The notes below the pieces were generated by a model. The model worked only from the letters and a program-made list of their open reading frames with translations. It was not told the DNA's origin and searched no databases. A DNA stretch of 43,408 nucleotides, taken from positions 1-43,408 of IMG/VR virus record IMGVR_UViG_3300048861_000250; one strand, given 5' to 3'. This document shows positions 35,763-43,408 of this stretch, one piece after another (positions within the stretch are counted from its first letter, which is position 1; every line of letters starts with the position of its first letter). This stretch comes from a virus. Its lineage: Duplodnaviria; Caudoviricetes. The translations under genes and the position numbers were made by a program.

Positions 35763-36229
35763 GCATCATCCCCGGCCATGAGCCGCATCGTCGCCCGCGC
35801 TGCCATGATGGCGCGCGCCGCGTCGTCGAGGGCGTTGATCACCTGACCGGCCTCGCGCGGGTCGATCCGGCCATCGGACTGGGCCCGGTGGATGGTGGCG
35901 AACAGGTCGCCGATCTCCTGCCCGATGGTGGCGAAGTCGGCGTTCGGCGACCCCGCGATGTCGAGCAGCGGCTGCAGCAGCAGGCAACCGGCCTCCGCCG
36001 CCAGGAATTCGGTGATGATCGGCCGCCGCGCCGCCGCCTCGAGGATGCGGACCTTGGCGACCGGGATCGACCGGTCCGGCGCCGAGGGGTCGGTATAGCG
36101 CTGCACCACGGATTGCGTGGACCCGACCAGATCGGCGGCGCGCGCCTGGCCGCCGACGGCGGTCACCAGCGCGCTGGTCGCCTCCTTCAGGCTGCCGGCC
36201 GGGCGCTGGACATAGGGTGTGTGGCCCAT
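35759..36229 (-). CDS. CII-like phage regulatory protein
   Basis: LKEATSALVTAVGGQARAA..LEAAA..IT..DGRIDPREA; downstream of cro. Alternative TTG start at 36235. Confidence 0.7.
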   Translation of the reverse strand: MGHTPYVQRPAGSLKEATSALVTAVGGQARAADLVGSTQSVVQRYTDPSAPDRSIPVAKVRILEAAARRPIITEFLAAEAGCLLLQPLLDIAGSPNADFATIGQEIGDLFATIHRAQSDGRIDPREAGQVINALDDAARAIMAARATMRLMAGDDA

Positions 36230-36231
36230 GG

Positions 36232-36441
36232 TCAAACCCCGTGATGCGGACGGAGCGCCGTCCTATGTGTGGAAGCGAGGCGAGACGGGCGGTCCAGCCG
36301 GGCCGCAATTGCGGTCAGGCAGACGGCGAGCACCACGGTCGCGATGGCTCGCAAGGTCAGGCCAGAAGAGAAGGACGCCCCGGCATAGCCGAAGGCGATC
36401 CCGGCACCGCAGGCGGCGCAGAAGCCGCAGAAAGATCTCAT
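36232..36441 (-). CDS. Small membrane protein
   Basis: SD GGGAG, two hydrophobic segments; could instead start at the coupled ATG at 36534. Confidence 0.45.
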   Translation of the reverse strand: MRSFCGFCAACGAGIAFGYAGASFSSGLTLRAIATVVLAVCLTAIAARLDRPSRLASTHRTALRPHHGV

Positions 36442-36533
36442 GGAAGCTCCCTTTCGAAGTCGAGGCGCCCGTCGTTGCGGGCCGCAGAAGCCGATTCCTC
36501 GGCAGATCGGGGGCGGCTGGGGCGGCTTGGCCA

Positions 36534-36623
36534 TCAGCCCGGCCAGAAAATCAGGGCAAGGACCACCAGCAGCCAGAACGGCAGCACCACAGCGAGGCCG
36601 ACCAGGATCGGGTGACGGTTCAT
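36534..36623 (-). CDS. 29-aa single-TM peptide MNRHPILVGLAVVLPFWLLVVLALIFWPG
   Basis: ATGA-coupled to the cro stop; not in the ORF track because of its size. Confidence 0.55.
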   Translation of the reverse strand: MNRHPILVGLAVVLPFWLLVVLALIFWPG

Positions 36624-36808
36624 GACGACGTCTCCGGCGAGCCCTTGATCTCCGCTAGAAGCCGGTCGAGCAGCATGCGGACGGGACGCGGAGGTTCTGC
36701 GGCGTCACGTTCCCAACGGGAGACCGTAGGTTGAGAGACGCCGACCAAATCAGCGAAGGCCGATTGGCTCAGTCCCAGCTCGGAACGGGCATCGCGAACG
36801 TTGCTCAT
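36620..36808 (-). CDS. cro: Cro-like HTH repressor
   Basis: RSELGLSQSAFADLVGVSQPTVSRWE; divergent from cI. Confidence 0.88.
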   Translation of the reverse strand: MSNVRDARSELGLSQSAFADLVGVSQPTVSRWERDAAEPPRPVRMLLDRLLAEIKGSPETSS

Positions 36809-36817
36809 ACCCAGAGA

Positions 36818-36880
36818 CTATACATAATGAATAGCGAACGACAATACCTTTTGAATAGCCGACCTATTCATAATGTATGG
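36818..36880. promoter_or_regulatory. OR-like region: three 17-bp operators and divergent promoters
   Basis: CTATAC-N5-GAATAG (36818), CAATAC-N5-GAATAG (36842), CTATTC-N5-GTATGG (36864); -10 TATAGT (minus, 36822-36817) and CATAAT (plus, 36869). Confidence 0.8.
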
Positions 36881-37492
36881 ATGACCGAGCCCAGCTTTCG
36901 CCTCGCCCTCGCACGGCGAGGCGCCAACTACGCCACGCCGACCGACGCCGCCCGTGCCTTCGGATGGACCGTGTCGACCTACCTCGCGCACGAGAACGGG
37001 ACGCGAGGCATCACCCGTCAAGCCGCGATGAAATATGCGCGGGCGTTCCACACATCCGCCGCATGGATCTTGACCGGCGAAGATAGCAATGAGCCGACGA
37101 GCTACACCGTTCCCCTGGTCGGCTATGTTGGTGCTGGCGCTGAGATCAGGCTATTCGACGGCGACCAATCTTCCGAATACTTAGACGATGTTCCGATGCC
37201 GCCAGAAGCCGACGAGCATACGGTTGCGGTAATTGTTCAAGGCGACTCCATGTACCCTCGATATCACGAAAAGGAACTGATTTATTATCGACGCCGAGAG
37301 ACACCCGTCGAGCCGCAAGCGCTGTTCGGTCGCGATGTCGTCGCGCGCCTTGCCGACGGACGGACCTTCGTAAAGGTCCTTCGTCGAGGCTCCCAGCCGG
37401 ACCTCTTCACTCTGGAGAGTTACAACGCCCCGCCTCTTGAGGACGTCACCCTGGAGTGGGTCGTGCCGGTTGAGTGGGTGAAGCGCAGCTAA
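36881..37492 (+). CDS. cI: CI-like repressor (HTH + S24 autopeptidase)
   Basis: N-terminal HTH (STYLAHENGTRG), cleavage site VGAG, catalytic GDSM and FVKVL. Confidence 0.92.
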   Translation: MTEPSFRLALARRGANYATPTDAARAFGWTVSTYLAHENGTRGITRQAAMKYARAFHTSAAWILTGEDSNEPTSYTVPLVGYVGAGAEIRLFDGDQSSEYLDDVPMPPEADEHTVAVIVQGDSMYPRYHEKELIYYRRRETPVEPQALFGRDVVARLADGRTFVKVLRRGSQPDLFTLESYNAPPLEDVTLEWVVPVEWVKRS

Positions 37493-37532
37493 GGTCGCCA
37501 GCCGCCGCGCAAACCGTATAGCGCCAATCGCG

Positions 37533-37575
37533 CTATTCGTTTTGCATTGACAATTCATTATACGTTTTGAATAGT
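37533..37575 (+). promoter_or_regulatory. OL/PL-like: two operators overlapping a sigma70 promoter
   Basis: CTATTC-N5-GCATTG (37533), TTATAC-N5-GAATAG (37558); TTGACA (37547), 17 bp, AATAGT (37570). Confidence 0.78.
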
Positions 37576-37593
37576 GCTCCTGCACGTCCGCAT

Positions 37594-37662
37594 CGTGCAT
37601 GAACCTCCCTGTTAACTCGCCCGGGGCACCGCGCCCCGGGCACCTTTCGGAGGACATGCACG
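37594..37662 (+). other. Structured RNA leader of the PL-like transcript
   Basis: Nested stems cgtgcatg/catgcacg, cctcc/ggagg, gcccggggc/gccccgggc. Confidence 0.45.
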
Positions 37663-37685
37663 GGCGACCCAACAGGAGGCTCCCC

Positions 37686-38009
37686 ATGCACGTCTTGACC
37701 ATGGCCGACCTGCACCAGCGCTTCGATGGGCCGATCCCGCGGGGCGAGGTCGCGGCGGCCGAGCGCGAGGCCGCCGGCACCAGCACCACGCGCGCCGCGG
37801 CCCGCACCACCGGCCGCCCGTCCATCAAACCGCACATCACCCTCGGGCTGATGGCCGGCGTGATGGTCGACCTGATCCGCGATCGCGGCGAGGTGACCGA
37901 GCGCGACCTGCTGCGACACGGCTTCACTGTCGACCAGGTCCGCACCTATGGCGAGCGCGCCAAGGCGATGGCCGCCCCGCGCCTGCCCGCGGACCGGCAG
38001 GTCGCTTGA
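37686..38009 (+). CDS. Hypothetical early protein
   Basis: SD AGGAGG; MVDLIRDRGEVTERDLLRHGFT. Confidence 0.7.
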   Translation: MHVLTMADLHQRFDGPIPRGEVAAAEREAAGTSTTRAAARTTGRPSIKPHITLGLMAGVMVDLIRDRGEVTERDLLRHGFTVDQVRTYGERAKAMAAPRLPADRQVA

Positions 38010-38038
38010 TGCAGCAGCCCCAGGAAAGGACCCGGCCC

Positions 38039-38389
38039 ATGGACGTCGCCACCGCCCAGGCGGGCGAGCTGAAGACCTTCGCCCAATTCGTCGCGAACCT
38101 CGAGGGCGGCCAGTTGAACGCCGACGCGACGGCCCTGCTGCGCGACCTCAATGCCGCGCTCAACAACTATGTGCAGGAGCACAACGGCAAGCCGACCGCG
38201 ACGCTGACCTTGACGCTGTCGATCAAGCTCGACGGCGGCAACTTCGACGTGAAGACGTCACTGAAATCGAAGCTGCCGGAAGAGCCCCGCGACAAGACCG
38301 TCCTGTGGTCGACCCCGGGCAACACCTTCACCATCCAGAACCCGCGCCAGCTCGACATGCTCGGCCCGCGCGAGATCCGGAACGTCTGA
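38039..38389 (+). CDS. YfdP-like protein (usual partner of DUF2303)
   Basis: ATLTLTLSI..KSKLP..WSTPGN..NPRQLDM; SD AAGGA. Confidence 0.7.
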   Translation: MDVATAQAGELKTFAQFVANLEGGQLNADATALLRDLNAALNNYVQEHNGKPTATLTLTLSIKLDGGNFDVKTSLKSKLPEEPRDKTVLWSTPGNTFTIQNPRQLDMLGPREIRNV

Positions 38390-38417
38390 CCCTCCCCACC
38401 GACCATAGGAGATCCGC

Positions 38418-39407
38418 ATGGCGGACCCGATCACCACCAACGTCAGCGCCAAGCCGGAGGCGCAGGCCATCATCGAGACGATGAAGGATCTTGGCGGCGC
38501 GACGCTCATGTCTGTCGACAATTGGGGCGGCACATCGCTGGACGTCCTGATCCTGCCGAACGGTAAGACCGTCCGGTCGGTCAAGCCCTTCATCGACGAA
38601 TACCGGCTGTGGCCGGAGCGTCGCACCGGCACCGCCACGCTGACCGACATCGAATCCTTCATCGACCACGCGAACCGGTTCAAGGATGCGGACTCCGCGA
38701 TCTTCGCCCGCGACGACCGCAAGTCGCCGAGCCTGACCGCGGTGCTGAACTACCACCGCAAGGGCGAGGCCGACCCGCGCTTCGGCGACCACCGGGCGAT
38801 CTATCCCTTCCCGCTGTCCGACGAATGGCAAGCCTGGACCGGCGCTGCCGGCGAGAAGTTCGGCCAGGGCGACTTCGCCGCCTTCCTGGATGATCGGATC
38901 CTCGACATCGCCCCGGTTCCGGAATGGGCACTGCCCGACACCGGCGTGACGCCGTCGACCGATTCCGAGATCCGGCTGGCCGACGCCATCACCCGCATGG
39001 GCGGCACCATCGCCACGCCGCAGCGCGTGTTCGAACTGTCCCGCGGCCTGGCGGTGACCGAGAGCAGCGCGGTCGAGAACCGGGTCAACCTCGACACCGG
39101 CGAGGCGGTGATCGCCTTCAAGAACGAGCACACCGACGGCGCCGGCCAGAAGGTCAAGGTCCCGAACCTGTTCATGATCGTGATCCCGGTCTTCAAGGGC
39201 GGACCGGCCTACCTGATGGCCGTGCGGCTGCAGTACCGCATCGCCGGCGGCAAGGTCGTCTGGCTGCTGGCGGTCTCGCGCATGGACGAGGCCTTCGACC
39301 ATGCCTTTCATGAGGCGGCGGACAAGGCCCGCGCCGCGACCGCGCTGCCGCTGTTCTACGGCACGCCGGAGACGGTCGCCGCGCCCCGCGCCGCGGCTGG
39401 CGCGTAA
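38418..39407 (+). CDS. DUF2303 / YfdQ-family protein
   Basis: PERRTGTATLTDIESFIDH, AVLNYH, HRAIY..SDEWQAW, Q.DFA.FLDD, IPVFKGG. Confidence 0.88.
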   Translation: MADPITTNVSAKPEAQAIIETMKDLGGATLMSVDNWGGTSLDVLILPNGKTVRSVKPFIDEYRLWPERRTGTATLTDIESFIDHANRFKDADSAIFARDDRKSPSLTAVLNYHRKGEADPRFGDHRAIYPFPLSDEWQAWTGAAGEKFGQGDFAAFLDDRILDIAPVPEWALPDTGVTPSTDSEIRLADAITRMGGTIATPQRVFELSRGLAVTESSAVENRVNLDTGEAVIAFKNEHTDGAGQKVKVPNLFMIVIPVFKGGPAYLMAVRLQYRIAGGKVVWLLAVSRMDEAFDHAFHEAADKARAATALPLFYGTPETVAAPRAAAGA

Positions 39408-39410
39408 GCG

Positions 39411-39758
39411 ATGAAGCACGCCCCGGCCGGGTCGCACCGCACCCGCTCGCATGTCCACATCACCCGGTTCCTTCGGGTGGACGACAAGGGCGGGTGCGAG
39501 ATGACGGCCCGGCCGCCGGCGCTGCGCGTCGGTGAACTGGCGGTCGAGCTCAACCTGGTCATCCCGACCCGCCTCTTCGCCAAGCCGGTGATCCGCGCGC
39601 AGGTCACCATCCCCGACGACGCCGCGCTGCCCGACCGGGTCGCCGCCGATGTCGTCCAGTTCGTCGAGCGATCCCTGGCCGACGCCATCCGCGTCGAGCT
39701 GCAGGTCGACATCAGCCCGCGGCCCGTCACCCTCGCCCCTCCGGAGCCCGAAGCATGA
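39411..39758 (+). CDS. Hypothetical protein
   Basis: Tightly packed in the operon; PALRVGELAVELNLVIP..LF. Confidence 0.65.
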   Translation: MKHAPAGSHRTRSHVHITRFLRVDDKGGCEMTARPPALRVGELAVELNLVIPTRLFAKPVIRAQVTIPDDAALPDRVAADVVQFVERSLADAIRVELQVDISPRPVTLAPPEPEA

Positions 39759-40396
39759 GCACCGCCACCCTGCCCCTTCTGGCGACGCGCCGGCCGGCCG
39801 CCCCGGAAGGCCCCTGGATTCTGACCGCGTCCGGCCGGCCCTTTGCGCTGCTGCACCCGGAAGACAGCGTGATCGATATCGAGGACATCGCCGAGGCTTT
39901 GGCGAAGCTCTGCCGCTGGACCGGACACACCCGCCAGTTCTACAGCGTGGCCCAGCACTCCGGCATCGTGCATGACATCCTGCCGATGAACGCCCGGCCC
40001 TATGCGCTGCTGCACGACGCGCACGAGGCCTATATCGGCGACTGGTCGACGCCCCTGAAATGGGCCGTGCGCGCCGCCGGCGGTGCCGAGACGGCCCACG
40101 CGATCGACACGGTGACCGACCGCATCGACGCCGCCATTCACAAGGCCGCCGGCCTGGCCTGGCCGCCGCCGCCGGAGGTCGCGTCCGCCGTGAAGCGCGC
40201 CGACCTGATCGCGCTGGCGACCGAGAAGCGGGACCTGATGCCCTCCGGCGGCCCGGAATGGGAGATGCCCATGCCGCCGCCACGGGCGCGGACCATCACC
40301 CCCCAGCCATGGGTCCGGGCGCACAACGACTTCCTGCTGCGCTTCGACGCCTTGTGCCGGGTGTTCCCCGAGATGAAAGGGTTGCGCCGGTCATGA
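39755..40396 (+). CDS. HD-domain phosphohydrolase (YfdR/YfbR-like)
   Basis: IEDIAEALAKLCRWTGH..YSVAQHS..LLHDAHEAYIGD..VKRAD. Confidence 0.9.
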   Translation: MSTATLPLLATRRPAAPEGPWILTASGRPFALLHPEDSVIDIEDIAEALAKLCRWTGHTRQFYSVAQHSGIVHDILPMNARPYALLHDAHEAYIGDWSTPLKWAVRAAGGAETAHAIDTVTDRIDAAIHKAAGLAWPPPPEVASAVKRADLIALATEKRDLMPSGGPEWEMPMPPPRARTITPQPWVRAHNDFLLRFDALCRVFPEMKGLRRS

Positions 40397-40695
40397 TCAC
40401 GGACGAGGACATCGTGCAGGGCGAGGCGTCGCTGCGGATCAGCGACACGCTGACCGGCATCATCCGCAAGGTGCATGACGAAGCCGCCCTGGCCGAGCCG
40501 CACAGCTTCAACCTGAACGTCATCGTCGCCGGGGTGGCGGAATCGCTCGGCGCCCTGATGCACACCATGCCGGCCGACCAGGTCGAGGTAGTGCTTCGGC
40601 ACTTCGCCGAAGACCTGCGCGACTTTCACCGCCTGAACCGCAACGCCTGCCCGTGCCACGGCGGCGCGGGCGGCGCCGGCTGCACCCGCCACTGA
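40393..40695 (+). CDS. Hypothetical protein (100 aa)
   Basis: ATGA coupling; helical, with C-terminal CPCH..CTRH. Confidence 0.6.
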   Translation: MITDEDIVQGEASLRISDTLTGIIRKVHDEAALAEPHSFNLNVIVAGVAESLGALMHTMPADQVEVVLRHFAEDLRDFHRLNRNACPCHGGAGGAGCTRH

Positions 40696-40697
40696 CC

Positions 40698-40808
40698 ATG
40701 GACGGCCGGCACCTGTTGCTCCTGCTGCTGCCGGTCGCGGTCTTGATCCTGGCCGACCTGCGCCGCGCCTGGCGCGCCGTCGACCTCAACCCCGGAGACG
40801 ACGAATGA
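40698..40808 (+). CDS. 36-aa single-TM peptide
   Basis: MDGRHLLLLLLPVAVLILADLRRAWRAVDLNPGDDE fills the gap exactly and is ATGA-coupled to the next gene. Confidence 0.5.
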   Translation: MDGRHLLLLLLPVAVLILADLRRAWRAVDLNPGDDE

Positions 40809-41404
40809 TCGCGGATATCCTTCGCGAGTGCCGGTCGATCGTCGAGCGGCACCACCCCAACACCATGGCCGACCTGCTGCAGCGGATCGACGAAGCCCTG
40901 ACCGTCGCCGATCTCGGCCGGCAGATGGTCGAGGACGTCGACTTGCAGCAGATCGCCCTGCGCGCCGAGGCGCCGATCGGCACCGTCGCCCGCGTGGTGC
41001 GCGAAACCCTGCCGATCTTCGGCGACCGCGTCGAGAAGCACGCCCTCGGCCGCGCCTGGCACATCCTGGCCCTTCACCGACGCGGCATGACCCCGATTCA
41101 ACGCGCGCACCTGCGCCAGGTCGTCCGCGACCACATGACGGCACAGGGCATCAAGCCCGCCAGCGCCGACCTCTACGCCGACGCGATCGCGGCGAAGGCC
41201 GCCGGGACCTGGCCGGCGTCGGGCGCCGCCGGCGGCGCGACACAGATGAAAGCCGGCTTCCAGGTGATGATCTCGGATGCGCTAGTGCGCTGGGGAGCTG
41301 ACAGAGCTTCTGCCGACACCGAAGCCCTGTGGATCGCTGAGAAGATCCCGACCGACGCGCCTGCCACCGCCGCGCCTGCTACCGTTGTGACGGAGGCAGG
41401 GTGA
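40805..41404 (+). CDS. Hypothetical protein (199 aa)
   Basis: Coupled on both sides; protein-like composition. Confidence 0.65.
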   Translation: MIADILRECRSIVERHHPNTMADLLQRIDEALTVADLGRQMVEDVDLQQIALRAEAPIGTVARVVRETLPIFGDRVEKHALGRAWHILALHRRGMTPIQRAHLRQVVRDHMTAQGIKPASADLYADAIAAKAAGTWPASGAAGGATQMKAGFQVMISDALVRWGADRASADTEALWIAEKIPTDAPATAAPATVVTEAG

Positions 41405-41730
41405 TGCCGATCCGCCCGGAAGAGAAGGCCCGCTATCCGAAGGACTGGCCGGCGATCAGCCGCCGAATCCGCGATCGCGCAGGCAACCAATGCGAGGGCT
41501 CGCCGGCCTATCCGGATTGCCGCGCCGCCAACGGCGAGCCGCACCCGGTCACCGCGTCGCGCGTGGTGCTGACCGTCGCGCATCTGGACCACACCCCGGA
41601 GCACTGCGACGATGACAACCTGAAGGCTTGGTGCCAGAGGTGCCACCTGACCTATGACCGGGAGCACCACGCCAACACGCGCCGGCGCCGCCGCGCAGCC
41701 GCCGGCCTATTCGAGGCCGCCCATGCCTAA
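41401..41730 (+). CDS. HNH-like endonuclease
   Basis: YPKDWPAIS..CE..C..VLTVAHLDH....DNLKAWCQRCH. Confidence 0.8.
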   Translation: MMPIRPEEKARYPKDWPAISRRIRDRAGNQCEGSPAYPDCRAANGEPHPVTASRVVLTVAHLDHTPEHCDDDNLKAWCQRCHLTYDREHHANTRRRRRAAAGLFEAAHA

Positions 41731-42187
41731 GCGCATCCGTCTCAGCCGTGCCAGGGGATGGCGCAAGCCGCCGAACTGTGTGGTGGTGTCGCGCCCCAGC
41801 CGGCGCGGCAATCCCTGGCCTGTCGCCCGTGTCCGTCGCGCCCTGGTCGACGCCATGGACTGGTCGCAGGTCGGCGGCAACGAACTCTGGAACGCGATGT
41901 ACAGATGGAATCCGCGGCGCCGCGGCCCTGACCTGGCGATCGCCCGCGACATCGACCGGATCGCGCAGGCCGCGTCTGCAGCACTGTTCCACGCCCTGGC
42001 CGAACAGTTCCGCCGTTCCGACCCCGAGGGATTCGAGCGCTGGGTCGCGCCGCTGCGCGGTTGCGATCTCGGCTGCTGGTGCGGCCTCGACGACCCCTGC
42101 CATGCCGACATCCTGATCGAGCTGGCGAACGGGGTAGCGCCGGCGCCAATACCCCGTGACCGCCATGGCAAGGTGCCCCATGGCTGA
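41723..42187 (+). CDS. DUF4326-family protein
   Basis: MPKRIRLSRARGWRKP..RPSRRGNPW..LRGCDLGCWC....CHADIL. Confidence 0.85.
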   Translation: MPKRIRLSRARGWRKPPNCVVVSRPSRRGNPWPVARVRRALVDAMDWSQVGGNELWNAMYRWNPRRRGPDLAIARDIDRIAQAASAALFHALAEQFRRSDPEGFERWVAPLRGCDLGCWCGLDDPCHADILIELANGVAPAPIPRDRHGKVPHG

Positions 42188-42527
42188 ACCCACGCGCTAC
42201 CTGACCGCTCAGCAGGTCGCCGAGATCATCGGTTGTGATCCGGAAACCATCCTGCGCGCGATCCGGGCGGGGCGGCTGGCCTGCTACCGCCCCGGGGGCG
42301 GACGTCTGATCCGGATCACGCAGGCGCAACTCGACGCCTATATGGAATCGACCTTATGCCCCGTCCGAGAATCGACGCCCCCCATCTCAAACTCCGGCGA
42401 GGCGTTCTCGAAATCGTCTGGCGGGAAGACGGACAGCGTCGACGGGTTTCGACAGGGACGGCGGACCCGGGCCGCGCTGGACAGGCCCTCGCGGATTTCG
42501 AAGCCGAACTTGAGCGTCGTCCCCTAA
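42180..42527 (+). CDS. xis: Excisionase / recombination directionality factor (HTH_17-like)
   Basis: YLTAQQVAEIIGCDPETILRAIRAGRL..GRLIRI; immediately upstream of int. Confidence 0.8.
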   Translation: MAEPTRYLTAQQVAEIIGCDPETILRAIRAGRLACYRPGGGRLIRITQAQLDAYMESTLCPVRESTPPISNSGEAFSKSSGGKTDSVDGFRQGRRTRAALDRPSRISKPNLSVVP

Positions 42528-43408
42528 AGCTGACCGTCGCCGAGGCGCTGACCCGCTACGTCCGGAAGCGAACCGGCAAGGTCGAGGCGATCGACCGCCT
42601 CGAGGATGCGGCCAAGGCACTGGCCGCCGTGCTGGGCCATCTCCGCGTCGACCAGGTCAACCAGGACCAATGGGACCGCTACGCCGCCGCACGGGTCACG
42701 AAGCCCCGCGGCAAGCCGACACCGGAGAAGGTCGCCAAGCACAAGCCGCGGCCCGTCGCGTCCGGCACCTTGCGCCGAGAATTCAACGTTCTACGCGCCG
42801 CCTTGCGGCTGGCATGGAAGGACGGCTATCTGGTCAAGCCCCCGGCGCTGGAGGCGCCGGCGGACAGCGCGCCGCGCGATCGCTACCTGTCGAAGGACGA
42901 GGCGCGGAAGCTGATCGCCGCCTGCATCACGCCGCACGTCGGGACCTTCGTGGCCCTGGCCGTCTACACCGGCGCGCGCAAGGGTTCGATCCTGTCCCTG
43001 ACATGGGATCGGGTCGACTTCCGGACAGGCATGATCGATTTCCAGGAACCCGGCCGGCGGCTGACCAGCAAGCGCCGCGGCATCGTGCCGATGAACGATG
43101 GCCTGCGCGCGCAGCTCGAGCAAGCGCGCCAGGCGGCGGTGTCGGACTATGTGGTCGAGTTTGGCGGCGGTCCGGTGCCGAAGGGTCTGCGCTGGTCCTT
43201 CCGCCGGCTGTGTCAAAGGGCCGGCCTAACCTGGATTCCGACGCCGCACCACCTGAAGCATTCGGTCGCATCGTGGATGGCAATGGAAGGCGTCGCGATC
43301 GACCAGGCAGCCGACTACCTCGCCACCGATCCGCGCACGCTGCGGCGCGTCTACCGCAAATTCGACCCGGCCTATCTGCGCCCGGTCGCGAACGCTTTGA
43401 ACCTGTAG
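42356..43408 (+). CDS. int: Tyrosine recombinase / phage integrase
   Basis: Arm-binding-like N-terminus (RRRVSTGT), RDRYLS, YTGARKG, PHHLKHS, C-terminal VY. Confidence 0.93.
   Translation: MPRPRIDAPHLKLRRGVLEIVWREDGQRRRVSTGTADPGRAGQALADFEAELERRPLKLTVAEALTRYVRKRTGKVEAIDRLEDAAKALAAVLGHLRVDQVNQDQWDRYAAARVTKPRGKPTPEKVAKHKPRPVASGTLRREFNVLRAALRLAWKDGYLVKPPALEAPADSAPRDRYLSKDEARKLIAACITPHVGTFVALAVYTGARKGSILSLTWDRVDFRTGMIDFQEPGRRLTSKRRGIVPMNDGLRAQLEQARQAAVSDYVVEFGGGPVPKGLRWSFRRLCQRAGLTWIPTPHHLKHSVASWMAMEGVAIDQAADYLATDPRTLRRVYRKFDPAYLRPVANALNL

Larger units (their letters stand above)
665..43408. mobile_element. Lambdoid siphovirus-like prophage integrated at tRNA-Glu; right att lies just outside the window
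   Basis: Complete ordered lysis, tail, head, packaging, replication, immunity and xis/int modules, with a tRNA 3' fragment at the left boundary. Confidence 0.95.

Noticed and set aside
41401-41730. HNH as the restriction partner of the methyltransferases
   Set aside because: Small phage-type HNH in a different operon, 6 kb away and on the opposite strand.

Overview
Nearly the whole window (665 to the right edge) is one apparently intact lambdoid, siphovirus-type prophage in a high-GC bacterium, probably an alphaproteobacterium (inferred from a GTTC-N7-GTTC LexA box and the gene families). It is integrated in a tRNA-Glu(TTC) gene. The displaced 3' tRNA fragment and its terminator lie at 617-711, and the intact tRNA is predicted just beyond the integrase, outside the window. 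Left of it is the 3' end of a host ROK-family gene. Read on the minus strand from the immunity region, the modules are: cro/CII-like early genes; a replication and DNA-modification block (N4/N6 MTase, Mom-like protein, CHC2-Toprim primase, C5 MTase, D5-like SF3 helicase, iteron array); a Q-like late regulator with a promoter-terminator pair; a lambda-like cos; terminase, portal, S49 protease/scaffold and Mu-gpT-like capsid; tail genes with a -1 frameshift chaperone; two receptor-binding proteins; and an oddly ordered lysis cassette. The plus strand carries cI, an early operon (yfdP/Q/R-like, HNH-like, DUF4326, xis, int) and three counter-oriented morons. The best candidates for undescribed biology are: (i) a 22-aa cationic peptide + RNA hairpins + XRE-HTH cassette next to cos; (ii) a LexA-box-controlled two-gene moron overlapping the holin antisense; (iii) a triple DNA-modification set including a Mom-like protein; (iv) a ~110-aa domain shared by the tail tube and tailspike. 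All family assignments come from motif recognition by eye, not database searches.
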